UHGV virus genome: UHGV-0144289
DNA length: 35,479 nt
Source: a virus
Direction: 5' to 3' (one strand)
The stretch's first letter is position 1. Each line of letters opens with the position of its first letter. Below, one piece after another: positions 1 to 7,242 of the stretch. A program made the position numbers and the translations under genes. The notes below the pieces were generated by a model. That model saw nothing but the letters and a program-made list of their open reading frames with translations. It was not told the origin of the DNA and did no database searches.

Positions 1-50
1 TCGTTTCGCCGTTATTTTCAGCAAACGATACAAAGTTGCGAAAAATACCG

Positions 51-78
51 TTGACTCACCGCGAGAGATAAGTAGAAT
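51..78 (+). promoter_or_regulatory. sigma70-type promoter of the tRNA operon (-35 TTGACT, 16-nt spacer, -10 TAGAAT) followed by a GC-rich discriminator
   Basis: TTGACT at 51-56 and TAGAAT at 73-78 sit ~70 nt upstream of the first tRNA; the GC-rich stretch after the -10 is typical of stable-RNA promoters. Read by eye only. Confidence 0.45.
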
Positions 79-150
79 GCAACGCATCGAACGGCGGCAC
101 AGTCTTCCAGACGATAACAAAATCAAGTGATTAGCAAATAACTTGATGAT

Positions 151-226
<76 letters not shown>

Positions 227-279
227 GTTTAAAAGGCATCGGCGTCAGCGGATGTCTGGCTGAAAGGCCTGAAGAATTT

Positions 280-353
280 GGCGCGTTAACAAAGCGGTTA
301 TGTAGCGGATTGCAAATCCGTCTAGTCCGGTTCGACTCCGGAACGCGCCTCCA
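280..353 (+). tRNA. cysT: tRNA-Cys (anticodon GCA)
   Basis: 74-nt sequence GGCGCGTTAACAAAGCGGTTATGTAGCGGATTGCAAATCCGTC...GCGCCTCCA with GCA anticodon in the loop TTGCAAATC; T-arm GGTTCGACTCC; encoded CCA. Confidence 0.95.
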
Positions 354-365
354 CTTTCTTCCCGA

Positions 366-452
366 GCCCGGATGGTGGAATCGGTAGACACAAGGGATTT
401 AAAATCCCTCGGCGTTCGCGCTGTGCGGGTTCAAGTCCCGCTCCGGGTACCA
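366..452 (+). tRNA. leuZ: tRNA-Leu (anticodon UAA), long variable arm
   Basis: 87-nt sequence GCCCGGATGGTGGAATCGGTAGACACAAGGGATTTAAAATCCC...GGGTTCAAGTCCCGCTCCGGGTACCA; class II tRNA with extra arm, anticodon TAA, encoded CCA. Confidence 0.95.
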
Positions 453-494
453 TTGGGATAAAGCAGAATAATCAAAGCAATAAGCAGTGTCGTG

Positions 495-519
495 AAACCA
501 CCTACGGGTGGTTTTTTTG
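495..519 (+). terminator. rho-independent terminator downstream of the tRNA operon
   Basis: Hairpin AACCACC-TACG-GGTGGTT followed by a run of seven T. Confidence 0.7.
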
Positions 520-582
520 TATCTGAAACTCTCCTTTCCGAAGATGCGTCCGAAGATGATTTTTCAACGAACGCATAGCGAT

Positions 583-1599
583 TCATTTTTTCTGACCACC
601 AACAACCGGCACAATTTTAGTTTTCCTGTCGTAAATCGCCGTTTGTCTCGAATTCTTATGGCCTGAAATCGCCTGTTTCTCCTCGAGGCTTCCTTCCAGA
701 TCAGAGACACCTTTCGCTTTCAGATCGTGGAAAGTGAAATCTATCTGCAGGTGTGGGTTCTTTTCCTGCGCTGCGATTTTCGCGTCGCGCCAGCGTGAAT
801 TAAAACCGTCACGGGTGTATTTGCTGCCGCTGGTCTGGTGAATGACAAACAGGCTACGGATACCCGGCTTTAACGGCAGGGAACGGGCGAGGGCGACAGC
901 GGCGCGCAGGCGTGGCGACCATGCTTTGATTTGCTTCACGCCTGTTTTCCCCTGGCGGATAAAGATCCCGGTTTCGCGTATCTGGTCTTCAGTCAAAGCC
1001 AGCACATCGCTTTGTCTGGCCAGACACAAATAAGCGATTTCCATGGTGGCGCGAACTACGTCTGGAGCAACATCGTAAACCGCTTTGTATTCTTCGTCGG
1101 TGATGTAACGCTCCCGGGCTGCCTCTTTGAACTTCTTAACGCCCTGACAGGGATTATGCTGGACGTAACCCCGCTCATAACCCCAGCGGAATACCCGAGA
1201 AAGAAAACTCTTTTCCCGGTTGGCCTGCGTTTTACTGGCCATGCCACGCTGATCCATATAGCGCCGGATGTGTTCCGGTTTAATTTTATCGGGGTTAACC
1301 TTCCCGAACACCGGCAACACTTTGCCTGCGTATTTCGTGTAGTCTTTGCGGGTTTCTGCCGCTAAATCCTGCCAGTCAGGGGAAGACATGAATTGATCGG
1401 CCAGAGCCTGAAACGTCTTGCGCTCGACTTCTTCTCCCATGGCTTTTTCATATGCCAGCCATACAGCTGATTGAGGCTCGGAGAGCGCACATAGCCTGAT
1501 AGCCTTGTTATCTTTATTCCTGAATTCATACGCCGCCTTACCGCGATACACGCGGGGCGGCATCCAGTTATCAGCGGGGTTCTTACGTTTTCCGGCCAT
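583..1599 (-). CDS. int: Phage integrase, tyrosine recombinase family
   Basis: 338-aa ORF adjacent to the tRNA attachment region; C-terminal half has the catalytic-domain pattern of tyrosine recombinases (conserved R, H-x-x-R and a Tyr nucleophile near the C-terminus, ...TAIYDRKTK). Confidence 0.9.
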   Translation of the reverse strand: MAGKRKNPADNWMPPRVYRGKAAYEFRNKDNKAIRLCALSEPQSAVWLAYEKAMGEEVERKTFQALADQFMSSPDWQDLAAETRKDYTKYAGKVLPVFGKVNPDKIKPEHIRRYMDQRGMASKTQANREKSFLSRVFRWGYERGYVQHNPCQGVKKFKEAARERYITDEEYKAVYDVAPDVVRATMEIAYLCLARQSDVLALTEDQIRETGIFIRQGKTGVKQIKAWSPRLRAAVALARSLPLKPGIRSLFVIHQTSGSKYTRDGFNSRWRDAKIAAQEKNPHLQIDFTFHDLKAKGVSDLEGSLEEKQAISGHKNSRQTAIYDRKTKIVPVVGGQKK

Positions 1600-1828
1600 T
1601 AAAGATAGCTCCGAAGTCTGGTTCTTCCTCCCGCACCGTCTCTTCCTGCTGGTTGCGGTATTTAATCGGGTTCAGGAAATGGCCCCACGTCGTTTTAGGA
1701 TGGCCGTCTGCCCTTTCCATGAAAAAGACACCGGCCCGACGTAGCGCTTCACACTGCCTCGATTTAAGTGGGGTCCCCGTCAGTTCGATCATTTCCTCTC
1801 TGGTGATGATGTCGTGATCGTGTCTCAT
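1583..1828 (-). CDS. xis: Excisionase-like small DNA-binding protein
   Basis: 81-aa ORF directly upstream of and overlapping int by 17 nt; helix-turn-helix-like segment (REEMIELTGTPLKSRQCEALRRAG); start codon preceded by the GAGGAAAGACC start-associated motif. Confidence 0.5.
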   Translation of the reverse strand: MRHDHDIITREEMIELTGTPLKSRQCEALRRAGVFFMERADGHPKTTWGHFLNPIKYRNQQEETVREEEPDFGAIFNGRKT

Positions 1829-1988
1829 GGTCTTTCCTCAGCATGCCGGCTATCGCGTTGTCTGCCGTATCGCAAGCGCGTTGGATATCGGACTGGGTCA
1901 GAGTCCTCTTTCTAACGCTGGCTGATAGCCTGCCAATTTTGATATCGAAATCTGAAAGTAAAAGTGTGCCTGGTTGCCAACGTAGCAT
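1764..1988 (-). CDS. Hypothetical protein (doubtful ORF)
   Basis: 74-aa ORF overlapping the xis-like start by 65 nt; no recognisable domain; may be spurious or shorter. Confidence 0.2.
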   Translation of the reverse strand: MLRWQPGTLLLSDFDIKIGRLSASVRKRTLTQSDIQRACDTADNAIAGMLRKDHETRSRHHHQRGNDRTDGDPT

Positions 1989-2023
1989 TGTGATCTCCGG
2001 TTCATAGGTAGATCACAATGCTA
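1983..2023. repeat. Perfect 14-bp inverted repeat TAGCATTGTGATCT / AGATCACAATGCTA separated by 13 bp
   Basis: Read directly; lies in the gap between two minus-strand ORFs of the early-left operon. Confidence 0.8.
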
Positions 2024-2037
2024 ACGACAGTTGCGAG

Positions 2038-2259
2038 TTATTTCTGATTAGGCTTAATCAGGTTTGGTTTATTCCGGAACGCGCCATTTTCGCGGGTGAT
2101 TTTGGCACTGCGCGGAAAATGCATAGCCAGTTCACAACGCGCGCAGGCTTCGATTATCCCGTTAGTACCGTCCGGAAAAACGACGTGAAGCGCGTCGCCT
2201 CGTTTCAGTGTGAGTTTCAGCATATCAGCGCACCTGCAGCGAACGTTCGCCAATCTCAA
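2038..2259 (-). CDS. Hypothetical early protein
   Basis: 73-aa ORF in the leftward early operon, overlapping the next gene by a few codons; no confident domain assignment. Confidence 0.4.
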   Translation of the reverse strand: MRLANVRCRCADMLKLTLKRGDALHVVFPDGTNGIIEACARCELAMHFPRSAKITRENGAFRNKPNLIKPNQK

Positions 2260-2791
2260 GGTGAGCGCCCGGCACTGGGTTTAACAGTTCTTCCGGTATC
2301 TCTCCGCCGTCAGCGGTAATCTGGGCCGCCGCTGCCTGTGCTGATTCAATCGCTTCCTTGATGGCTTTCTTGTCCGGAGTGACTAACGTCTGAACTGTCA
2401 CTAATTCATCCGGCAGTAATTCATCATTATCGATCACGACGTTTATAGCTCCCTTACGTGCGGTAAAGGTATTTTTGGCGGTTTTAACCGTATCCTGACC
2501 GGCGGCCAGTAGACACTGGAGAACATATTTCTTCAGGTTCGTGATCTTACCTTCGAATGATTTTTTGCGGGCGGCAAGGCGTTTGGCCTCTTCATCGCAG
2601 GTTTTTGCCAGGCCTTCCAGATTGCGAACGTGGACGAAAACGGCATCCAGTTTATCGCCGAGTTGTAACTCAAGACCTTCCATTGTGTCGGCGATCATTT
2701 CAGGAGACAGACCAGCACCGTCTTCGTTTTCCAGTAGTGCCTGGAGTTTTGACATATCGGCTGCGATAGCAATTGCAGTGGTGGAAGTCAT
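2225..2791 (-). CDS. Siphovirus Gp157-family protein (commonly found next to phage recombinases)
   Basis: 188 aa; coiled-coil N-terminus and the pattern EEAKRLAARKKSFEGKITNLKKYVLQCL...TFTARKG...VIDNDELLPDEL, which resembles the Gp157 family as I recall it; immediately downstream of the annealing-protein gene. Confidence 0.5.
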   Translation of the reverse strand: MTSTTAIAIAADMSKLQALLENEDGAGLSPEMIADTMEGLELQLGDKLDAVFVHVRNLEGLAKTCDEEAKRLAARKKSFEGKITNLKKYVLQCLLAAGQDTVKTAKNTFTARKGAINVVIDNDELLPDELVTVQTLVTPDKKAIKEAIESAQAAAAQITADGGEIPEELLNPVPGAHLEIGERSLQVR

Positions 2792-4941
2792 TATGCTTTC
2801 TCCTCGGCTTTATTCAGTTCTTTAATGCGCCCATCTTTGATGGAGATGAGTCGGCGGAGCCGGCCAGACAGATAACGTTCATGCTGCGTGTCGCCGTTGG
2901 CCTGGGCGGCTTTAATGTGAACATCGATCTCACGTGCGATAGGGGAAAACACACCGTTGATTTCGTTCACCGTCACGCCATGCGCCAGGGTATTAGCAAC
3001 GCGGCTTAATTTATCGTCAAACTCCTGGCGGAGCCGTGCTGCATCTTCGGCTGATTCGCTGGCGTTCTTCAGGTCAAACTCGGCCTTGTTCTTCTGGCGG
3101 TACTCCAGATTGTCGTAAAGCCCCATAAAGATATCGCCACTGAATCCGAGGCCGGATAACGCTTTTTTGGTCGCATCTGTCAGTGATTTTTTGGCTGCTT
3201 CGCCGTCGCAGGTGATCCCGTATTTACTACCGTAAATGTAGGGTGTACAGCCGTATGCTGTTTCCTCACCTCGTACTCCGTTCAGGATGTACCAGAGCCG
3301 GACAGTCACAACATGGTGCTGTTCGTTGACGGTATTACCATTCCCATCAAGAACCAGCTCCCACGATGCGTTGTTGTCTTTGCCTTTTACCTGCCGAGTG
3401 ATCGGCGCGCCAATATCGAAACGCTCTTCAACAATATCCACGCCCCAGCCGATGCCCTTAGGGCCAAACTCACGTGTGGCAAGCATGGTCATGTAGGTAC
3501 CGTTGATCGAGGTGCCACCGCCGTTCTGTGTGAAAGCCTTAGTAAACCTTTCGTCGGTTTTAAATACGCGTTTCCAGAGGTCTAAATTGTCTTCCCCGAT
3601 AATTGGTTTTCCGACAGCCTGCACAACATCCTCAGCGTTAGGCAGGCTTTCAGCGTGAGCGATTTGTTTTGCTAAACGCTCGGAATCATCAGCCAGTTTT
3701 TCAGCCTTAACGCTTAACTTCTCTTCCGGCTCTGCACCTTCACCAGAGGCATATACGCCATAACCCATATCATTGAGCGTCTCACGCGCCTGTTTGGCCT
3801 GAGTGTCGGTTACAACCGGCTGCTGCGCTTCCACTTTTTCGCCCACGTTTGAGGCGGTATTTTGCGTCGCCTCTGGTTGTTTAACGGATCCTGTCTCGGT
3901 TTCCTCAAAGCGACCGTTGGCCGCCAGCCATGAATCGATATGGCGGCGCAGGCTGTCAGGGAAATGGTAGGTATCTTTCGCCGGTACGTTTTGTACCACG
4001 CCGAAGATGCTGGCACGGTCGTATTTGAGTATCTGCGGCGTGGTGTGCAGCGATGCTGACCAGCGTTTAAAATCTTCCCGGTCATCGGAAATCATCTTCT
4101 TAGCGTCCAGAAGGTTTCCGGATAGTACCGGCGCATCAGGCGCCAGCGGGAGAAGGGCGGTAGCGATCTCCTGATCCAGCGTTGCATAAGTGTGTTTATA
4201 CCCGCGCTTAGAAATTACCACGGGTGTTTTATCATCGGTGCTGGTGCTGAGAGCGGTATTTTTATATACGCCGGGGGCCAGTTCGTCGCGCTTGCCCGGA
4301 TTCTCAAGCCAGCGTTTAACGAACTGAGAGATAGCCGCTTTGCCCGGCGTCTGGTTTTCAAAGTGGGAGAAAATACCCTGAATAAGATTGTTCAGACCTT
4401 CCACATGCATGCTTTGAACCGGGAAGTTATTTTGCAGGGCGCACAGAACATTAAAGTTAAAGCGATCTTCCTCTTCAAATTCCCCATCGTGGTTTTTCAG
4501 ATTATCCAGATAATCCACAACCTGAGAATAAAGATGGCCATCAATCGCCGCGGTGCTAAAAAGCAGGACGGCAGCAAAGCGTTCATCAGGGGAAACGGTC
4601 ATCAGGTCGATCACTTCATCGTCGGCTGGTAAACCTGCACCACTTCCGGAAGCGCTATCCTGCGCAGTAGAAACCCATTTTTCACCGTCAAAAGTATGCT
4701 GCTGGGCGAATGACTCATCGAACTGGCCAACGGTCGGCAGCGGCTGGCCTTCAACGTGTTCCCACAGTTTCGGTTTGAAATAGTTGTCACCATTGGCCGG
4801 GTATGATTCCCAGAGTTTGCCGGTCATAATGCTTTCGGCCACTTTTTTGTTTGGCGCATCGATGGCGATCGCCAGCTGCACGGCGCCGCAGTCTTTAATC
4901 GCCGATTTCTTTGGCTCAAATGAGCCGTTGTAGATGGTCAT
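2791..4941 (-). CDS. Large recombination protein with a C-terminal Erf/Rad52-like single-strand annealing domain and a ~430-aa N-terminal region of unknown function
   Basis: 716 aa from the ATG at 4941 (preceded by GAGGAAAGACCA). The C-terminal third (YGCTPYIYGSKYGITCDGEAAKKSLTDATKKALSGLGFSGDIFMG) resembles the conserved core of Erf/Rad52-type annealing proteins. Position in the early-left operon fits a recombination function. Confidence 0.6.
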   Translation of the reverse strand: MTIYNGSFEPKKSAIKDCGAVQLAIAIDAPNKKVAESIMTGKLWESYPANGDNYFKPKLWEHVEGQPLPTVGQFDESFAQQHTFDGEKWVSTAQDSASGSGAGLPADDEVIDLMTVSPDERFAAVLLFSTAAIDGHLYSQVVDYLDNLKNHDGEFEEEDRFNFNVLCALQNNFPVQSMHVEGLNNLIQGIFSHFENQTPGKAAISQFVKRWLENPGKRDELAPGVYKNTALSTSTDDKTPVVISKRGYKHTYATLDQEIATALLPLAPDAPVLSGNLLDAKKMISDDREDFKRWSASLHTTPQILKYDRASIFGVVQNVPAKDTYHFPDSLRRHIDSWLAANGRFEETETGSVKQPEATQNTASNVGEKVEAQQPVVTDTQAKQARETLNDMGYGVYASGEGAEPEEKLSVKAEKLADDSERLAKQIAHAESLPNAEDVVQAVGKPIIGEDNLDLWKRVFKTDERFTKAFTQNGGGTSINGTYMTMLATREFGPKGIGWGVDIVEERFDIGAPITRQVKGKDNNASWELVLDGNGNTVNEQHHVVTVRLWYILNGVRGEETAYGCTPYIYGSKYGITCDGEAAKKSLTDATKKALSGLGFSGDIFMGLYDNLEYRQKNKAEFDLKNASESAEDAARLRQEFDDKLSRVANTLAHGVTVNEINGVFSPIAREIDVHIKAAQANGDTQHERYLSGRLRRLISIKDGRIKELNKAEEKA

Positions 4942-4985
4942 TGGTCTTTCCTCTTGGTTACTGGCGCAGGTCACGCGCCGGTTAA

Positions 4986-5309
4986 TTAAAACGGTACGTC
5001 GCTTTCTTCAATTGGAGAGTGATCGATGCACAGCAGCTGCTGAATCTGGTCTTCAATAACACCCAGCTCCTTCTTTGCTTCGGCAGAGATTTTCTCTTTC
5101 TTCGCACGAAGGGCATTAACCTGCATACCAATAATGTCGATTGGCTCTAAAGCTGGAATGGCAACCTCTACCGTTTTGGTAGTAACGAGGACATACAGAT
5201 CAGGGTATTGCTGTGACATGTCACAGGTGAATGAGTGATAAGACGTTGGTAGATATGGTTTGGTTGTGGCCATAACGTAAATAGTTACGGGGATGGTAAG
5301 CGCTTCCAT
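4986..5309 (-). CDS. Hypothetical protein, first gene of the leftward early operon
   Basis: 107-aa ORF with RBS AAGGAG 7 nt upstream of the ATG; no domain recognised. Confidence 0.6.
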   Translation of the reverse strand: MEALTIPVTIYVMATTKPYLPTSYHSFTCDMSQQYPDLYVLVTTKTVEVAIPALEPIDIIGMQVNALRAKKEKISAEAKKELGVIEDQIQQLLCIDHSPIEESDVPF

Positions 5310-5333
5310 AGCGACTCCTTGATGATATATACT

Positions 5334-5452
5334 CAGAGCCGATCAGCGGCTCTGTCGTTGGTCTTTCCTCGCTACAGGGTTGGTCCCCTGTAGCATTCTG
5401 GGCGGTTTGGTCACTGTCCCGGGTAAATTAGCCCACTTCGGTGGGCTTTTTT
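5334..5452 (+). ncRNA. Candidate small antisense RNA in the early-left leader (speculative)
   Basis: Possible extended -10 (TGATATATA, ~5323-5331), then two strong hairpins (5334-5354 and 5371-5394) and a textbook intrinsic terminator on the plus strand (AGCCCAC-TTCG-GTGGGCT plus six T, 5430-5452). No plus-strand gene exists here. Confidence 0.25.
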
Positions 5453-5527
5453 ACGCCTGAAGGTTGCCGGTCTTTCCCGGCTGTCAGGGTGGTCAGCCCC
5501 ATTGGTCTTTCCTCGTTACTGCGTGAA

Positions 5528-5560
5528 TGCTTTAAAAAAATGCCCGGGGCGCCCGGGCCA
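5528..5560 (-). terminator. Intrinsic terminator on the minus strand within the early-left leader
   Basis: On the minus strand: GC-rich hairpin GCCCGGGCGCCCCGGGC followed by TTTTTTT. Lies between the putative PL promoter and the first early-left gene, implying an antitermination requirement. Confidence 0.5.
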
Positions 5561-5748
5561 AGACTACACACAGCAATTCGTATTCGTTGCGGTCTTTCCC
5601 GCATGTCATCGTACTGTCGGCGACCCGAAGAATTCGCGCCCGTCTTTCCGGACTGTCAGAACTGTTTCTGAACAACTGCCGCGTGGTTAGTGCGTCTTTG
5701 ATGTGGTGAAGCATAACCAAAGGTATTTTTATTGGCAATGTTTTTTAC

Positions 5749-5760
5749 TAACAAAAGTTA
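5749..5760. promoter_or_regulatory. Operator-type site TAAC-AAAA-GTTA next to the putative leftward early promoter
   Basis: Same TAAC-N4-GTTA dyad as the two sites in the repressor/cro intergenic region. Confidence 0.45.
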
Positions 5761-5767
5761 ATATTAG

Positions 5768-5805
5768 AGGTGTAAAAAAAGGCAATGCATTGAAAACATT
5801 GCCTT
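5768..5805 (-). terminator. Terminator downstream of the repressor gene (hairpin AGGCAATG...CATTGCCT flanked by A/T runs on both sides; potentially bidirectional)
   Basis: 8-bp perfect stem with a poly-T tract on the minus strand immediately after the repressor stop. Confidence 0.5.
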
Positions 5806-5809
5806 TAAT

Positions 5810-6223
5810 TTATTTTTTTGGAGTGTTTTTTTTCTTTTTTACCAAAAGTAACTCATCAAACAATCGCTGGAATCCGTCAACTTTATCTTTCAACTCATTG
5901 ATATGTCTATCTTTTTCTGATTCAGGTAGAGAATCAAAAAGATCAAGCAGTAGCTTTTGGCGATCATCTAACCGAGGTAAAAGCTCTTCTGCCTTCAACG
6001 GTTCATCGCTATCGGTACCGTTAAGTAACCATGTCGGAGAGCAACGAAGAGCCTCAGCGAGAGAAAACAGATTTTGCCCTTTTGGGGTGTTAATACCTGC
6101 TTCCCACTTGTAAACGCTGACGCCAGATATGCCAACGGCATCGGCGAGCTGCTGTTGTGTCAAACCAAGCTCTTTCCGTCTCGATGTAATGCGATCGTTA
6201 AAGGTCAATTTTTTCATATCCAT
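5810..6223 (-). CDS. Prophage repressor, XRE-family helix-turn-helix protein with no recognisable autocleavage (peptidase S24-like) domain
   Basis: 137 aa; N-terminal HTH (LTQQQLADAVGISGVSVYKWEAG); divergent from the cro-like gene across an operator region; the C-terminal part is acidic/coiled-coil with a lysine tail and shows no LexA/cI-type catalytic signature. Confidence 0.8.
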   Translation of the reverse strand: MDMKKLTFNDRITSRRKELGLTQQQLADAVGISGVSVYKWEAGINTPKGQNLFSLAEALRCSPTWLLNGTDSDEPLKAEELLPRLDDRQKLLLDLFDSLPESEKDRHINELKDKVDGFQRLFDELLLVKKKKNTPKK

Positions 6224-6228
6224 AATAT

Positions 6229-6281
6229 AAGTTAACTTGACATAACTTTCGTTAGTATTTATGTTCCTAACTGACGTTAGG
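6229..6281. promoter_or_regulatory. Immunity switch region: rightward early promoter (-35 TTGACA 6237-6242, -10 TATGTT ~6260-6265) with two operator dyads TAAC-TTTC-GTTA (6243-6254) and TAAC-TGAC-GTTA (6268-6279)
   Basis: Dyads overlap the spacer and start region of the promoter that would drive the cro-like gene; the repressor gene starts divergently at 6223. Confidence 0.55.
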
Positions 6282-6291
6282 AGAGGAAACT

Positions 6292-6489
6292 ATGAAGACC
6301 GAAACTGTTATCAGATTTTTTGGAACTAAAACCGCTGTTGCGCGTGCATTAGGTATCTCTCAAGTCGCTGTAACCCGCTGGGGGACTGTTGTTCCTGAAA
6401 AGCGAGCTGCGCGACTTGAGCATGTAACCGCGGGCGCCTTGAAGTACGACCCTACTTTTTACGAAGAGCAAAACACGTCTAAAGCATAA
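6292..6489 (+). CDS. Cro-like / YdaS-like small HTH regulator
   Basis: 65 aa; HTH (TKTAVARALGISQVAVTRW); first gene of the rightward early operon, RBS AGGAGAGG. Confidence 0.7.
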   Translation: MKTETVIRFFGTKTAVARALGISQVAVTRWGTVVPEKRAARLEHVTAGALKYDPTFYEEQNTSKA

Positions 6490-6551
6490 CTACAGGCGTT
6501 ATCGAAATCTGATTACGCTTAATCAATTTTCAGCGACAGGAGACGCTCGAA

Positions 6552-6998
6552 GTGGAATACCTCGAAGAACTTAAACGAGAGATCTTTAACTGGGCAGCGG
6601 AAAGCGGGCAGGAGCTGGTTGCTATCGAGATAAGCCGCATGTGGTTTCGTCTTGGTGGTAATACCGGTTCGCTGAAGCTGCACCAGATCGAAGATGCAGA
6701 TGGAAACGCCGACTGGCGGGCAATCAACAACAACCGCCAACAAATTTTTCGTTGGTTGCGAGGCGAGACCAAAGCCGCGAGAGCCAAAACTCTGGCGCTG
6801 GTCAAAGCGATGGAAGCGGCGCTGCCGGCAGAACGTTACGCGCGCTTGGGTATGTCCACCCAGTATTTAATTTGTGTGGCCATTCGTGAGTTTGCCGCGG
6901 CGATTATCGCGTTATTACTCGACGCCAGAGACGGGCCGCAGCAAGTCGCCAGAGCATTGCAAGCTATGCGAGAAACACAGCGCCTGACCAGCGTTTAA
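6552..6998 (+). CDS. YdaT-like (CII-like) regulatory protein
   Basis: 148 aa, GTG start with RBS AGGAGA; position after the cro-like gene and the motif RWLRGETKAARAK are reminiscent of the Rac-prophage YdaT family (from memory). Confidence 0.45.
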   Translation: MEYLEELKREIFNWAAESGQELVAIEISRMWFRLGGNTGSLKLHQIEDADGNADWRAINNNRQQIFRWLRGETKAARAKTLALVKAMEAALPAERYARLGMSTQYLICVAIREFAAAIIALLLDARDGPQQVARALQAMRETQRLTSV

Positions 6999-7018
6999 CC
7001 TGTACCGAGGAAAGACCA

Positions 7019-7240
7019 ATGAGAACACAAGACCGCATCACCTGGCGGAACGGGTTTCGCCGGAACGGGGTACAAGTCCCGATGGAAGATATCGAATCGA
7101 TTTTCGAGGAACGTCGCGCTACTGCGCTGACAATCTGGGAACGCTACGAACTGCGCAAGGCAGACCTGCAGGAAGCGGGACTTACCCAGAAAGAATACGA
7201 AATCGCCTGCCGTCAGCTGGCTGACTCGCTGGGGATCTGA
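7019..7240 (+). CDS. Hypothetical small protein upstream of the replication genes
   Basis: 73 aa; ATG preceded by the GAGGAAAGACCA start-associated motif. Confidence 0.6.
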   Translation: MRTQDRITWRNGFRRNGVQVPMEDIESIFEERRATALTIWERYELRKADLQEAGLTQKEYEIACRQLADSLGI

Positions 7241-7242
7241 GT

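Noticed and set aside
3287-4783. Several 60-150 aa plus-strand ORFs inside the 2791-4941 minus-strand gene
   Set aside because: All are embedded antisense to a long, well-supported ORF and lack ribosome-binding sites.
5330-5670. Possible CRISPR array, because of repeated GGTCTTTCC-containing units
   Set aside because: Repeats are only 9-19 bp, irregularly spaced (about 30 to 120 bp), partly palindromic and not flanked by cas genes; they are better explained as regulatory RNA/DNA motifs.
5532-5738. 68-aa minus-strand ORF with an Arg-rich stretch (RRARILR) as a possible N-like antiterminator
   Set aside because: Its start would lie within or upstream of the putative leftward promoter and it reads through the terminator hairpin; it cannot be supported without transcript mapping. 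The idea is retained only as part of the leader finding.
5810-6223. Autocleavable (LexA/cI-like) repressor
   Set aside because: The C-terminal half is acidic/coiled-coil with a lysine tail and shows no Ala-Gly cleavage site or Ser/Lys catalytic dyad pattern that I can see; hence the antirepressor hypothesis instead.
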